Part shown: one piece after another, positions 8,601 through 17,409 of the stretch
How positions within the stretch are numbered: position 1 is the first letter of the stretch
Layout: each line of letters opens with the position of its first letter
Source of the DNA: Candidatus Muiribacterium halophilum
Lineage (GTDB): Bacteria; Muiribacteriota; Muiribacteriia; Muiribacteriales; Muiribacteriaceae
Length of the DNA stretch: 64,000 nt
Assembly (NCBI GenBank): GCA_002869225.1
Contig: PKTG01000064.1
Span: 5,097 to 69,096, forward strand
Reading direction: 5' to 3'
Program-made: the position numbers and the translations under genes
Notes under the pieces: generated by a model
What the model was told of the DNA's origin: nothing
The model's input: the letters and a program-made list of their open reading frames with translations, nothing else
Databases searched by the model: none

Positions 8601-10956
8601 ATATGTCACCCTCAACAAAAATAGTATCTTTTTGAATATAATAAAATTGATATGTTGATATCTTGTCATATACATTTACAGGAGAAGAAGGATTATTCCA
8701 CTCAACATGATAATATTCACCATTATCTCCAGGACTATCTATTACAGAAAAAGTAAGTGGTGCCGGATATAACTCGGTATCAAAAGAGAAAGAATAAGTC
8801 GATGCAAGAGCATTCCCGGCAACATCTGTTATGGATGTAGATACATAAACTGTATAATTTGTCTCAAAATCAAGTGTCTGAGATGGTGTCAAAGTCACCT
8901 GTTTAAGATTATCATCATAACTTACCGTTGATGTTATATCAGTTGCTCCCTGTCTTAAATATATGTTTGATGTATTAACAGTGGTTGGGTCAAGCTTTTC
9001 CGAAAAGACTATGGTTATAGTCTTATCTGCCACAACATCTATCTCGGAATCTGCTGGAGAAGTTGATTGTATTGTAGGGGCATCAAGATCTACATCAACA
9101 GTAAAACTTCTCTTAACAGCCGAATCTTTATCAAAATATGTCCCTTTTGTAGCATAGACTCTCCAGTAGTATATGTTTCCATCTGAAAGTATCGCAGCTG
9201 GAAGATCATAACTTACAGTATCTCCATCAGCTGTTGTATGAGTATGTATTATTGAAGAAAAATCACTTGTATCATCTATTTCTATTGTATAACTCTCTTC
9301 ATCACTTCCATTATCTGTCCACGTAAACTGAGGTGTAAGAGTATTTATAGTAGTACCATCAGTTGGTGCAATAAGTGTTACCGGACCTGGTGCCTGAGAA
9401 GACAATGTGAAGTTTGTAGAATCATTTGTACTTCCAGCTGAATTTGTAAGAGTAGCTGTTGCTGTATAACTACCAGCTTCTCTACCAGTTGAATCCCAAT
9501 CATACATATAATTGACAGTACCATCGAAACTAGCAGATAATGATCCTGAATTATATCCACCCGGTCCTGTTATTACAACAGTTCCTGTACTAGCTTCTGA
9601 AGGTGAACTCTCAACAAACCTTACCCTTACAGTATCTTCTATATCAAAAGCAGTCTTTGGTATATTTAAAGTATCCGCTGTGTTTATTGAAGCAAAAATA
9701 GGAGCATTGACCGATGATACCTGTATATCGACAGTCATTGTAGAAGCACTTGCACTAAAGTTTGAAAGTGTCAGATCGGATGAACTTCCTGAGTAATAAT
9801 TACTATTAGGGCTTGAGGCAGGTGAGAATGTTGCTCCAATCACATATAGATCACCAGCTTCACCCTGGTTTCCTCCATTTGTATCGAGTTCATTATTATT
9901 ATCAGCTTCCTCAACATCTACTAATCTATGGGTATCATTGGTGTTTGTGGTAATCGATTCATCAACATGGGTAATCAATATTCCAGTTCCCGGTAAAGCT
10001 GAATCAAAACCAGTTGTCTTATATCTATTTTCTATAAGAAAATATTCCTGGCCACTCACAGCCAGTTTTAATATTGATTCATTCGTAGAAATGGAATTTA
10101 GAGAGTAACCTGTCTGATTAGATGATATTACGGTAGGAGTCAACCAACCCATCTGAATCTTAGACCATCCACAGAAATGTGCAGGTGTTGAACCACTTCC
10201 AAGCCATGTTCCGGCAGACATCATTCCCCATTTTCCTATTCCGTCACTTGAGTAATCAGTATCGTATAGATCAGGAAGATCTCCAAGATCATGTCCCAGT
10301 TCATGAGCAATGACTCCAAGAGCCGATGCTCCGTTTCTTTCCATTTCCGGAACTACTGTACCTTTTGTGATTGTAATACTATCAGCTGTTGATATATTCA
10401 TACCCGACCAGCTCATTGACCATAGATCGTCGGTATTTGATCCATCATCTGTTTCCTGACCATAACCGGCATGAAATACCATATATAGATCAAATTGTGA
10501 ATAATCAAAATCTCCATCTGCTGCTAAAATAGCATCTTCTATTACTTTATACCCATTCGGATCAATATTTGATGGACCACCATCTCCACCATAGGAGGCA
10601 AGTGTTCCAGGCATTGTGTATATAGTTGGACTAACGGTAAACTGTAGTGTACATTTACCATAAGAGTTTTCATTATAATATGAAGCTACATTTGAACAGA
10701 ACGATTCTGCATAGCTTGCTTGCGTATTTGTCATCGATACATCGGTAAATTCAGCTCTTATAACAAGTACCTTTGTTGTACCTATAGGGCTTGGAGCATT
10801 AAGAGCTCTCGGTGCATTTCTCTTCTGAAGAAATTCTTCATAGGAATGATGATCCGCCGCTGGTCCTTTTAAAGGATTCCATGGAGCAGGTGGCACAGCC
10901 ATGGTCGCTATGCTTACAAATAAGATAAGCAGTGCTATGTAAAAGTTTTTTTTCAT
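2629..10956 (-). CDS. giant secreted surface protein: M6 (immune inhibitor A-like) metalloprotease head, Ig-like/SbsA-Ig domains, ~9 repeat modules, T9SS/FlgD-Ig-type C-terminal domain
   Basis: Signal peptide MKKNFYIALLILFVSIATMA (ATG at 10956; the ORF track extends to a TTG at 10977). HEXXH is in VIAHELGHDLGDLPDLYD. The SbsA-Ig-like segment is APTIQSTSPADSEIDV...VAGNAL. Module starts recur as xAEIxP plus GFD(K/R)IY. The tail is VYPNPASSFAEIRF...IYDVSGRLIY...ANGVYFYKV. Confidence 0.85.
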   Translation of the reverse strand: MKKNFYIALLILFVSIATMAVPPAPWNPLKGPAADHHSYEEFLQKRNAPRALNAPSPIGTTKVLVIRAEFTDVSMTNTQASYAESFCSNVASYYNENSYGKCTLQFTVSPTIYTMPGTLASYGGDGGPSNIDPNGYKVIEDAILAADGDFDYSQFDLYMVFHAGYGQETDDGSNTDDLWSMSWSGMNISTADSITITKGTVVPEMERNGASALGVIAHELGHDLGDLPDLYDTDYSSDGIGKWGMMSAGTWLGSGSTPAHFCGWSKIQMGWLTPTVISSNQTGYSLNSISTNESILKLAVSGQEYFLIENRYKTTGFDSALPGTGILITHVDESITTNTNDTHRLVDVEEADNNNELDTNGGNQGEAGDLYVIGATFSPASSPNSNYYSGSSSDLTLSNFSASASTMTVDIQVSSVNAPIFASINTADTLNIPKTAFDIEDTVRVRFVESSPSEASTGTVVITGPGGYNSGSLSASFDGTVNYMYDWDSTGREAGSYTATATLTNSAGSTNDSTNFTLSSQAPGPVTLIAPTDGTTINTLTPQFTWTDNGSDEESYTIEIDDTSDFSSIIHTHTTADGDTVSYDLPAAILSDGNIYYWRVYATKGTYFDKDSAVKRSFTVDVDLDAPTIQSTSPADSEIDVVADKTITIVFSEKLDPTTVNTSNIYLRQGATDITSTVSYDDNLKQVTLTPSQTLDFETNYTVYVSTSITDVAGNALASTYSFSFDTELYPAPLTFSVIDSPGDNGEYYHVEWNNPSSPVNVYDKISTYQFYYIQKDTIFVEGDISSATLISWTKAEVGAAPSAEVNIVGSTTNNYTFALRYTTTDGKTSKLVYAAPLMSENDATVVSNAVYEIQPQRTIPAYDTTFTFTMIPDFGSSTDAGFDRIYLHAANMSGHDFSAAKFYVNNSEYTLDASPSGDEFTASVTGDTIEVKIGKVLDDDITGEQVKFVYDAQVSGSSGDDITIDVILKHSVYNTASTAADLTEGNADGNSENDNDGSVTVANLVNSVTAEILPTQYAVNSTSEVSLYALLYSDSNSIGVDTLSFTLPDDYFPQDTSEWQIFVNSVEVDDNQYSIDVSGYTSTLTFSNVYTGNVSFLLKYVMQAPAVADIGSGGEVITGSMDNSAINIPVNFTTGDANGTSGDSDVLTVKTGKIMEQMTAEVYPFIVSGNSTTEFTMTLKPYINSDNFGLDKIYLNFGTNFSNFQGATVEIEGTGTLATRTSGAPSAGEVLVADAVENDNSIYAELTFGDLIDTSYHDKLITVKFKLDAADTNSSGEEITTLIKNTDIGGELAASAGDADTDPSNNPTILTDSLKIKIQKPANNVYSEISPHKVVASESAKLKYYINADIDSSTNSGVNTIKIELPSTYKVLSETNEIALYVNSALQVISNSTPSAGQYKVSIDTNENIISLLTGTTYDSDRDFRVEFMVDPPSNLDNGLLFKAYVDNSVSTSPQLGVDSDQDGVSGNGDDNTVTTGRISAVSLCELYVPPAVEKANSVVYGSTDNKAYITAAPVIQTGNFGFDRLYIGIPDEISNIDTTTATLVIGEISFTTVSAAPDTEEVRLTYSPQTASSGGTLEVEFGRLIDVDWPVNKKVVLTFEFDAPTTEDTYTFTMYSANSEISTDIKQSFTPGNTYVADHPTQTMDIEVVKTPALASTAEIHPAHVRPSVDGQQIVISTKLDFNTNNSGVKYLRVVYPTSYSDIKLTSADGAKVEVDTTDYSISSNTNPIGNMVYIDYQTQNNYFDLKFGTVLKDTTTGNIVKITFKADTPTVQDAPGGGTFEVYAYTVAPANDVVSQKATPGDVSGNPSVFNGMNIIAANSVSSVVSELNIKSSNGSFTGDNENLVMVNSTGNILDYYMKLDFASGNRGINLLAINIPSTYSNIQNVKVYDGQVELSADYREESDVLYVSLDTPVSADSTLKVSMEINAPTSTDTGVDFTSYADYHFEEAAAYWLTDNLDFAVSSQQGEASSEADSESYTVTCVTTPATQAVAEIYPDTTYINKDDQAFTLTILPTILDYSSGVDKVNVKLPGNLSDIEITSLSAKGGILPTTDYTTSVSGNSYTFLLNSKVVFADAPNHKIIMAFTADTSSKSVYTTNEVEVYVSDSLNDRQIKATEGNAGATNSTLSLQIDSKAAISVAGGYITPNYMLKNSADQEFEVSVDMQFNSNDEGLKKLRLQIPTEFDNNTDFGSSEVSVAGDSYDVITVGFPAANEVLLDYDELNHYVYLTFGSSVKENGTLKFSFVLDAPTTDTAYNKQFQLTVIDDINLFTQTIDEKYTNSLYVSTENAELDINNLVSSIEADGNGNWEIYLKIPFNVTMDVFYPSPAVYVNGVKASIVSYKNLAFPTTSDPEVGIIEAKVDVPYEKFVGSSSNTLSISNVRDERGNVVDTITKVLDLGYGIGLSVFLNPADSKTITMVSKLSHPLSTGLTLKFEAIEFQGTPERIRALKKTSDLYSGVYSIESDGTPIITAGIYDSNEVRLQMVSKEINTILLSPVKDKAVNTLAGQMLFKKGSVVKDGFAVISEASFKENNKQLRVDKVFDLAINQKLTSPVMLRNDHSNAVLFKLRDNKLISPVASYDGSFKIRNSGRYVVARYTGKPIEKRWEIDGNNIFYEYADDQSSIKDVFAQIDGQEFSQVPHKGRLALPVGIHQIDFKAVDLAGNELKRSTTVRIAPASLITGMAVYPNPASSFAEIRFTAPAGSRVSLKIYDVSGRLIYRARTTAAGVNQSMIWDLADKRGRYVANGVYFYKVKVESGSDHHEVEGKFAVIR

Positions 10957-10957
10957 A

Positions 10958-11641
10958 TTAAAGTCCAATATCTCCAAAATTAGATAAATAAGTCGAGCCT
11001 AGATTTGAGACTCCTTTGCTCTCTGCCAGTGCTTTCTGTTCAGCAGCTTTAGTTGTATTACCTTCTGTATAATAAAGAAGTGCAAGAAAAGCATGAGCAT
11101 CTCCATATGTACCAATTCCAAACTCTGAATCATAAGAATAATTTGAATTTACTATAGTTGTTCCCTGTTTTGTCATAGTCTCCATAATAGTTACTGCATC
11201 AGATGTCTTTTCCTGTGCAGAGTAACATGCTGCCAAAAGAAAATATGTGTCATCAGGAACAGGTGTACCATTTGCATTTGATATTATCTGCTCAAAATAT
11301 GCTGATGTGGAACTATCTGTCACCTGTGCTGATTCAAGTTTTATCTGACAGTATTTTATACCTGTCTTAACTATGTTTTTCTGTTCTGGTGTTGGGGAAA
11401 AGTTAGGATCGTTCTCAAGTGCCTGAAGCTCAGTAAGTGCCTGAGAATATGATGATGTAGTACCATTATTTATATAGGTCTTTGCTGAAGATATCTTAGT
11501 GGAGACCGTTGTATCAGTTCCACTTATATTATTTGTTATGTTGCCTGAACCAAAATCATCTCCTCCTCCGCCGCCTCCGCAGCCGATAAGTAGCATCCCT
11601 ATTAAAACTATAAATGATGTTATAAATAATGTCTTTTTCAT
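10958..11641 (-). CDS. lipoprotein, possibly TPR-like, between the two giant genes
   Basis: Signal peptide plus lipobox MLLIGC, followed by a G/D/S/T-rich linker. The stop lies 1 nt from the ATG of the downstream giant gene. Confidence 0.7.
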   Translation of the reverse strand: MKKTLFITSFIVLIGMLLIGCGGGGGGDDFGSGNITNNISGTDTTVSTKISSAKTYINNGTTSSYSQALTELQALENDPNFSPTPEQKNIVKTGIKYCQIKLESAQVTDSSTSAYFEQIISNANGTPVPDDTYFLLAACYSAQEKTSDAVTIMETMTKQGTTIVNSNYSYDSEFGIGTYGDAHAFLALLYYTEGNTTKAAEQKALAESKGVSNLGSTYLSNFGDIGL

Positions 11642-11718
11642 TTTTCCCCCTATCTTAAGACAACTATCTTAGCTTCGTATTCCTGTCCATTTGAAAAGTC
11701 TATTTTCATAAAATAAAC

Positions 11719-14700
11719 TCAATTTGCTACACTCTTTCCTCTTTTATCCAATAGATCCCAGATAAACGATGATGTATTGTTTCTGCTTCTATATATCTTT
11801 CTTCCTGAGACATCGAATATATCAATGTCGAAAGTGCCTGCATATCCTGTCTCAACAAACATAGCATTGCTCACAGGATTAGGATATATCCTAATATTTC
11901 CTGAGAATGCTGGTGCTTTAATAAACAGTGTCTTTCTTGTCGTATTTCCAAGATAATCTACTGCCTCTATATCTATAATCGGACTTTTTGCGATGTTTCC
12001 GAACATTATGGTATCTTCGCTTATATTTAAAATATTACCGCTACCCTTTAATATTCTGGCTTCTTTTATGAAAGAAGCATCATTAAATCCTACTAAAAGT
12101 CTTCCTGTCGTATCAAAATTAGTATTATCATCTATTACAGGAGGAGTACTATCTTCAAAAACAGCTGCAGCAAATATTTTTTCATTTTTTCTGACCATCT
12201 CATAAGGTCTCCAGCCTTTTTCAGTAAGATAGAAAAGTCCATTCCCTTTTACCATATTCTTTATCTCGACTGATGGTGCATGGATCGCCTGATCAAATTC
12301 CACTACCTCATTTTTAAGTGTTAGTTCATTTGATGCTTTTTCAAGACCATTCAGAAGGTTTTTACCAACAGTACATCTTCTGCCTTCACTACTATCATCC
12401 AAATTGAAGAATACTCCGCTTAAGAGCTCATATCTTCCAGGTGCGGAAATGTTGTTCATAGAATACTGCGTATCTGTAAGAATAGTACCTGAACCATCCT
12501 TTATCTTTAAAAATACTGTAAGATCATATGAACTCTTTATTCTGTAATTTCCTGTATAAAGCTTTTTATTTCTAGCCTGTGTCAATGTTATTGATTCATC
12601 TGAAAAACCTGTCTCTCTAACAGAAGCCTCTATTGTATAATTTGAAGGAAGCTCAGATGAGGTGTTTACAATTAGTTTATATAGTTTTGTTTCAGCAGGA
12701 TTCCTAAAGAAAGTAGCCGCCACTCCAGGCGTTACATCAAATGAAAGTATACTGGCATTGACCCAGTTGCCTATATAATCTCGTGCATTTGAACAGCTAA
12801 GGTCTACCTTTCCTGTAAATTCTGTTGCTGATAACCATACATATCCTTCCCATACACCTTTTGAACTTTCATTATAAAAATCAATTGTAGTAGCATTCTT
12901 TTTCTCGACTTTCACAACAGGTGTTGGTCCTTGTATATCCATTGTGGTATTAAAGACAAGCTTTATTGAAAGCTTCCAGTTTCCTGACTGAAGCAGTTCC
13001 GCTACAATTGTTGAAGAACTTTTCTCAACTTCTGCTGAAGCTGTAGAAAGGGATAGAGTATCCCAATCAGTCGAATCTGAATTCGCATCTCCAGCTATGA
13101 CCGTATCATATACACCACTTACATCATCATACAATTTAGCATCAAAATCAAAGACTATATTTGTATTTGGGACATCAGCCGTGAATCTTATATGAATAGT
13201 TGAATCAGAGGTAAGTCTATTTGCTACATTAAATGTAAATACTAGTTTATCGGTTGAAAGTTCATATTTCACCTCGCCTGCTGCCGGTGCTCCGGATACA
13301 GTCGTATATTCTGTACTTCCAACATAAAAATAAGTAGTTGTGCTCGAAAGTCCCGAGAAACCATCCGGAAGAGGTACTTCTACCCTATCCACACCACCTG
13401 CATAGGTAGATATTTTCGCACCTATATAGTAATCAAAGACCTGATCATAAGTACCTTTAACAACATAGGATGGGACTATTTCAGCAATTGCGGAGTCAAC
13501 CGCACTGCTTGTTCTTATAAGGAGTGAATCACTTGGATTTAGCGCAGCAGCATCTCCCTCTACTAAAACTACCTCAACGGTAGAAGAAGAATTTCCAATA
13601 TACCCTGATACCGTCTTCCCATCTGGTATATCACTCGATGTAGGAACATCAGCATCGAAACTTATCTCAATACCTTTTTCAGGATAAAGATTCGTGATAA
13701 GATCCCCCGAAGTTATTATAAATTCATTGTTGTTTATCGAGACATTATATTCGCCGGCTGCAGGATTAGTGGATACTTTAGATAAAGCAGAACCACCCCA
13801 TCTCACAGACTGCATTGTAAGATCAGAATAAGTTGTAGGCATGATGACTTTAAGAATATCAATACCTGAATCCTGTGCTGTTATATCAGGAAGCACATTC
13901 ATAGTAAAGTTCTTGGTCTGACCTTTAAATACGGTTGAAGGAGTTATCTCAGCAAGAGCTCCTCTTGCAGGTACATCTATAACATTAAAAGTAAGTGACC
14001 TTGTCTCTATCTGTGCATAAGCATAACCCTGTGTGGCTGTTAACTCGAAGTAGGAATCACTTCTATAGGTCGTATTATCAACACTTACAGTTGCAACAAG
14101 TCCAGATGATGTCGCACCAGGAGCATCTGCTTTGAAACTGACTTCTATCGGCTGTGGCTCGTCTACTGCAGGAGTAAACTGATAACTTATCTCATTACCA
14201 ATTACACCTATTACAGCTGAACCTGTTACATCCTGGTCGTTTATACTAATAGAAGCACTTGTTCCATCAGGTGCACCAAACGCCGCTGGAAGTTCAACAG
14301 AGACTTTATTTATTCCTCTTTCAGTATTCGAGATAATAGGATAGATAGTAAATGTGAATACATTTGATGTTGATCCAACAATAACACTGTTATCAAGAAA
14401 TCTTATGCCGTTTTCGGAAGCAACCGTACCTTCAGCGACAACAGAAGAAGCTGCAGGTGCACAGACAACGTTAAGAGTGTTAAGACTCATAGAATCATCA
14501 GTTGCATCACCTTCCTGTCCATAAACAGCCAAAGAGTTACTCATATTATCTACATATATCTTAAAATTCTTTCCATCATCTGAAACAGAATTATTTGAGT
14601 AATCTGATACAGATGGCACCTGTGCATAGAAATCTACCGCAAAGTATTCATCAGCTGCGAGATTCTCACTTGAATAATCTGTTATATCACCGGCGGTATC

Positions 14701-17262
14701 TCCATAAAGTTCTCCATATTCTACTATTATAAGATTACCCTGAGCATATATCCTTGCCTGTCCAGCTACCGGACTTGACGCGTATGGGAGAGTCTCTGTC
14801 CCACCAAGTGGATCTGGCACTATCACAGGATTTTCAGATGTATCCACATATGGATTGAGATAAGTCGAAGGCACCTCTATCACCGCTTTATTAAATCCAC
14901 TGTTTACACTTATTATCGTTGGTTTAAAGTATAATCTAAATTTTTTCACTCCATCAAGTGGTTTAAGATGAACCGGTATTATCTCAGCTGAAACTGAGTC
15001 TACAGGTGATTCTTTTGTTATAACACTTATAGTATCTGTAGATTCTATTGCATCAGCATCACCTTCAGTTGTTATAAACGCATCATCAAGATATGTATAG
15101 TCAAGCCAACTTGAAAAATCTACACCTGTATCTGTAGTCATTGGAGCATCCAGTTCAAACCCGATTTGTATTCTTGAATCAGATGGGTTTGAATAATATA
15201 TACGGTTTCCAAGCTTCACTTCCAAAGTAGCTCCAGTTACTCCCTCGGATTTTTCTACATAAGCTTCAAAATCACCAGGTTCGCCAGCAAAGATAGGTGT
15301 ATAGGAATATCCCCCAACATTTATATCAAGTGAGCTTAGATCCATCCCGGAATGTCCAGGACAAGCTATTTTCACATAATTGATACCTATGTCTGTGCTT
15401 TCAAATTCTGGTTTGATCGTATATACGACTTTATTATTTACAGAGCCTGCTTTAACAGCGTTTATAATACTTTCAAAATGATCCTCACCACTTGAATCCT
15501 TTATAGTGAGCTCTGAATATGCTGTCCTTTCTTTTATACTATAACCTGTATAAAGATATAGTGAATTCCCATTTGATGGATTTGAATCAAGATCTTTAGG
15601 CTGGGCTTTAATTGGATGAGTAGCTAAACTATTATCAAAATATATTTCCCATAAACTTCCTTGAGGATAATCAACTGAACTTGAGGATATCATATCAAAA
15701 CTTATATTTATAGGGAAGTTTGTTCCGTTTAAAGCACTGCCACCAAATATAAGAGTTATTACACCTGAACTTTCACTCATCTGAACTTCATCAACTCCTG
15801 GGGTTGTTGACACTACAGTGTATGTTGAGGCGTTTACCTCTACTGTTGCATTGCTAATATCAATTGATGATAATCCATTTGTATCTATTATGATCTTATC
15901 CACACCACTATCCTCTACTCCAGTTGTCATAGATGTATATATACGGACTTCTGTTGTCGAGGATGGTTTGACTACATATGGAGTAAGCTCAGCATACACT
16001 TCCTGAGCCTGTGCTGTCGCAAATACATTAAGAGGATCAGAAATATTATTATTAGTTGGATCACCGTCAACATCCTGAGCAGATACAGTTAAAAGATCAT
16101 CTACATCTCTGTTTCCTGCTTTCATAGCAAATGCATACTCTCCAGAAGTATCCGGCATATCCATGGTAAGTGATATCTCAATAGTACAATTATTATCAAG
16201 TATTTTCTGACCAAGTTCTATCTCTACCGTACCATTTGAGACCGATGGCTGTGAGATATCGACAAGTGCTTGCGTGGAAGTTGGCATACCACTTGTTATT
16301 ATAGTAAAATCAGTAGTCTCATTTTTAACATAACCACTACTACCTGACATCAAAACATTTGAAAATTCTTTAGGTATGGTAAGTACAAATTTATCAATAC
16401 CACAATGCAGACTAGGATTAGACTGTTGAAGAACAATAAATTTAAATTGCACTGTTGATTCTATTCCACCTCTGTATGGCTGTACCTCGGCAGCGACCTG
16501 ACTTGCAGGTGAGCCTGATTTCACTACAAGAGTGTCGTTATTGAGTAAAGGATATCCATCAGCTTCACCATCAGTTACAGCAATTTTTTTCTCAATATTT
16601 GAATTATCTACAAACACATCAAAATGTGATCCTGTTGGAAGATCTGAAGAAGCCGGAGTATCAGTGGTAAATTTTATCATTATGTTCTTTTCCACTGAAT
16701 TATAATTTATTTCAAGTGGAAGTACCACCTCGGCGGTCTCTCCTACAACAGATATGTTTTCATTCAATGTAAGCAGGTTATCTCCTGCATATACAGTCCA
16801 TGAAGCAGTATCAACAGGAGTATATCCTGTTGGGAAATGTATATATATAGTATCAAATCCAACATTTCCATCAGCTATAGTCGGTTTTATATCAAGTACC
16901 ATATCTGTCTCTGTAGATAGTTTTACACATTCAGGATTTATCTCACCTGTTATTGATGCTATCTGATTTTTGACTACGGTAGTAAGAGTATTATCATTAT
17001 AAATATCATCATCTGCATTTCCTGCATTAACTTCCATTGATTTACCAAGATCAGAATCTTCTATCTTTGTTATAAATACTGAAGTCGTATCTAAAGTAGA
17101 AGGCGATATAGCTTTAAAAGTAAACTTTAGACTCTTGGAGTTTATAACAGATGAATCGATATTCTTACCGAGTTCAATCTCAATAGTATCTGAATTAATA
17201 GTAGCATTGAACTGATTTCCTGACGGAGTCGCATCCTGCGTCCACGAAGTTGTATCAACCAT
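11719..17262 (-). CDS. C-terminal 1,847-codon fragment of an interrupted giant surface protein (repeat modules plus truncated T9SS-type tail)
   Basis: Colinear with the C-terminal two-thirds of the 2629..10956 protein. There is no SD before ATG 17262. The frame stays open and homologous on both sides of the flanking stops (see findings). Confidence 0.8.
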   Translation of the reverse strand: MVDTTSWTQDATPSGNQFNATINSDTIEIELGKNIDSSVINSKSLKFTFKAISPSTLDTTSVFITKIEDSDLGKSMEVNAGNADDDIYNDNTLTTVVKNQIASITGEINPECVKLSTETDMVLDIKPTIADGNVGFDTIYIHFPTGYTPVDTASWTVYAGDNLLTLNENISVVGETAEVVLPLEINYNSVEKNIMIKFTTDTPASSDLPTGSHFDVFVDNSNIEKKIAVTDGEADGYPLLNNDTLVVKSGSPASQVAAEVQPYRGGIESTVQFKFIVLQQSNPSLHCGIDKFVLTIPKEFSNVLMSGSSGYVKNETTDFTIITSGMPTSTQALVDISQPSVSNGTVEIELGQKILDNNCTIEISLTMDMPDTSGEYAFAMKAGNRDVDDLLTVSAQDVDGDPTNNNISDPLNVFATAQAQEVYAELTPYVVKPSSTTEVRIYTSMTTGVEDSGVDKIIIDTNGLSSIDISNATVEVNASTYTVVSTTPGVDEVQMSESSGVITLIFGGSALNGTNFPINISFDMISSSSVDYPQGSLWEIYFDNSLATHPIKAQPKDLDSNPSNGNSLYLYTGYSIKERTAYSELTIKDSSGEDHFESIINAVKAGSVNNKVVYTIKPEFESTDIGINYVKIACPGHSGMDLSSLDINVGGYSYTPIFAGEPGDFEAYVEKSEGVTGATLEVKLGNRIYYSNPSDSRIQIGFELDAPMTTDTGVDFSSWLDYTYLDDAFITTEGDADAIESTDTISVITKESPVDSVSAEIIPVHLKPLDGVKKFRLYFKPTIISVNSGFNKAVIEVPSTYLNPYVDTSENPVIVPDPLGGTETLPYASSPVAGQARIYAQGNLIIVEYGELYGDTAGDITDYSSENLAADEYFAVDFYAQVPSVSDYSNNSVSDDGKNFKIYVDNMSNSLAVYGQEGDATDDSMSLNTLNVVCAPAASSVVAEGTVASENGIRFLDNSVIVGSTSNVFTFTIYPIISNTERGINKVSVELPAAFGAPDGTSASISINDQDVTGSAVIGVIGNEISYQFTPAVDEPQPIEVSFKADAPGATSSGLVATVSVDNTTYRSDSYFELTATQGYAYAQIETRSLTFNVIDVPARGALAEITPSTVFKGQTKNFTMNVLPDITAQDSGIDILKVIMPTTYSDLTMQSVRWGGSALSKVSTNPAAGEYNVSINNNEFIITSGDLITNLYPEKGIEISFDADVPTSSDIPDGKTVSGYIGNSSSTVEVVLVEGDAAALNPSDSLLIRTSSAVDSAIAEIVPSYVVKGTYDQVFDYYIGAKISTYAGGVDRVEVPLPDGFSGLSSTTTYFYVGSTEYTTVSGAPAAGEVKYELSTDKLVFTFNVANRLTSDSTIHIRFTADVPNTNIVFDFDAKLYDDVSGVYDTVIAGDANSDSTDWDTLSLSTASAEVEKSSSTIVAELLQSGNWKLSIKLVFNTTMDIQGPTPVVKVEKKNATTIDFYNESSKGVWEGYVWLSATEFTGKVDLSCSNARDYIGNWVNASILSFDVTPGVAATFFRNPAETKLYKLIVNTSSELPSNYTIEASVRETGFSDESITLTQARNKKLYTGNYRIKSSYDLTVFLKIKDGSGTILTDTQYSMNNISAPGRYELLSGVFFNLDDSSEGRRCTVGKNLLNGLEKASNELTLKNEVVEFDQAIHAPSVEIKNMVKGNGLFYLTEKGWRPYEMVRKNEKIFAAAVFEDSTPPVIDDNTNFDTTGRLLVGFNDASFIKEARILKGSGNILNISEDTIMFGNIAKSPIIDIEAVDYLGNTTRKTLFIKAPAFSGNIRIYPNPVSNAMFVETGYAGTFDIDIFDVSGRKIYRSRNNTSSFIWDLLDKRGKSVAN

Positions 17263-17409
17263 TAATGTAGCGGATGATATATCAAGTCCTGTATGATTTT
17301 CAGTACCAATATATATTTTATCAAAACCTACATCAGAAGTTAAAAAAGCAGGTTTTATGTAAAGCGAATAATTAATAAGCGCGCTCTGAGCAACTATAGA
17401 AGGTCTTAT

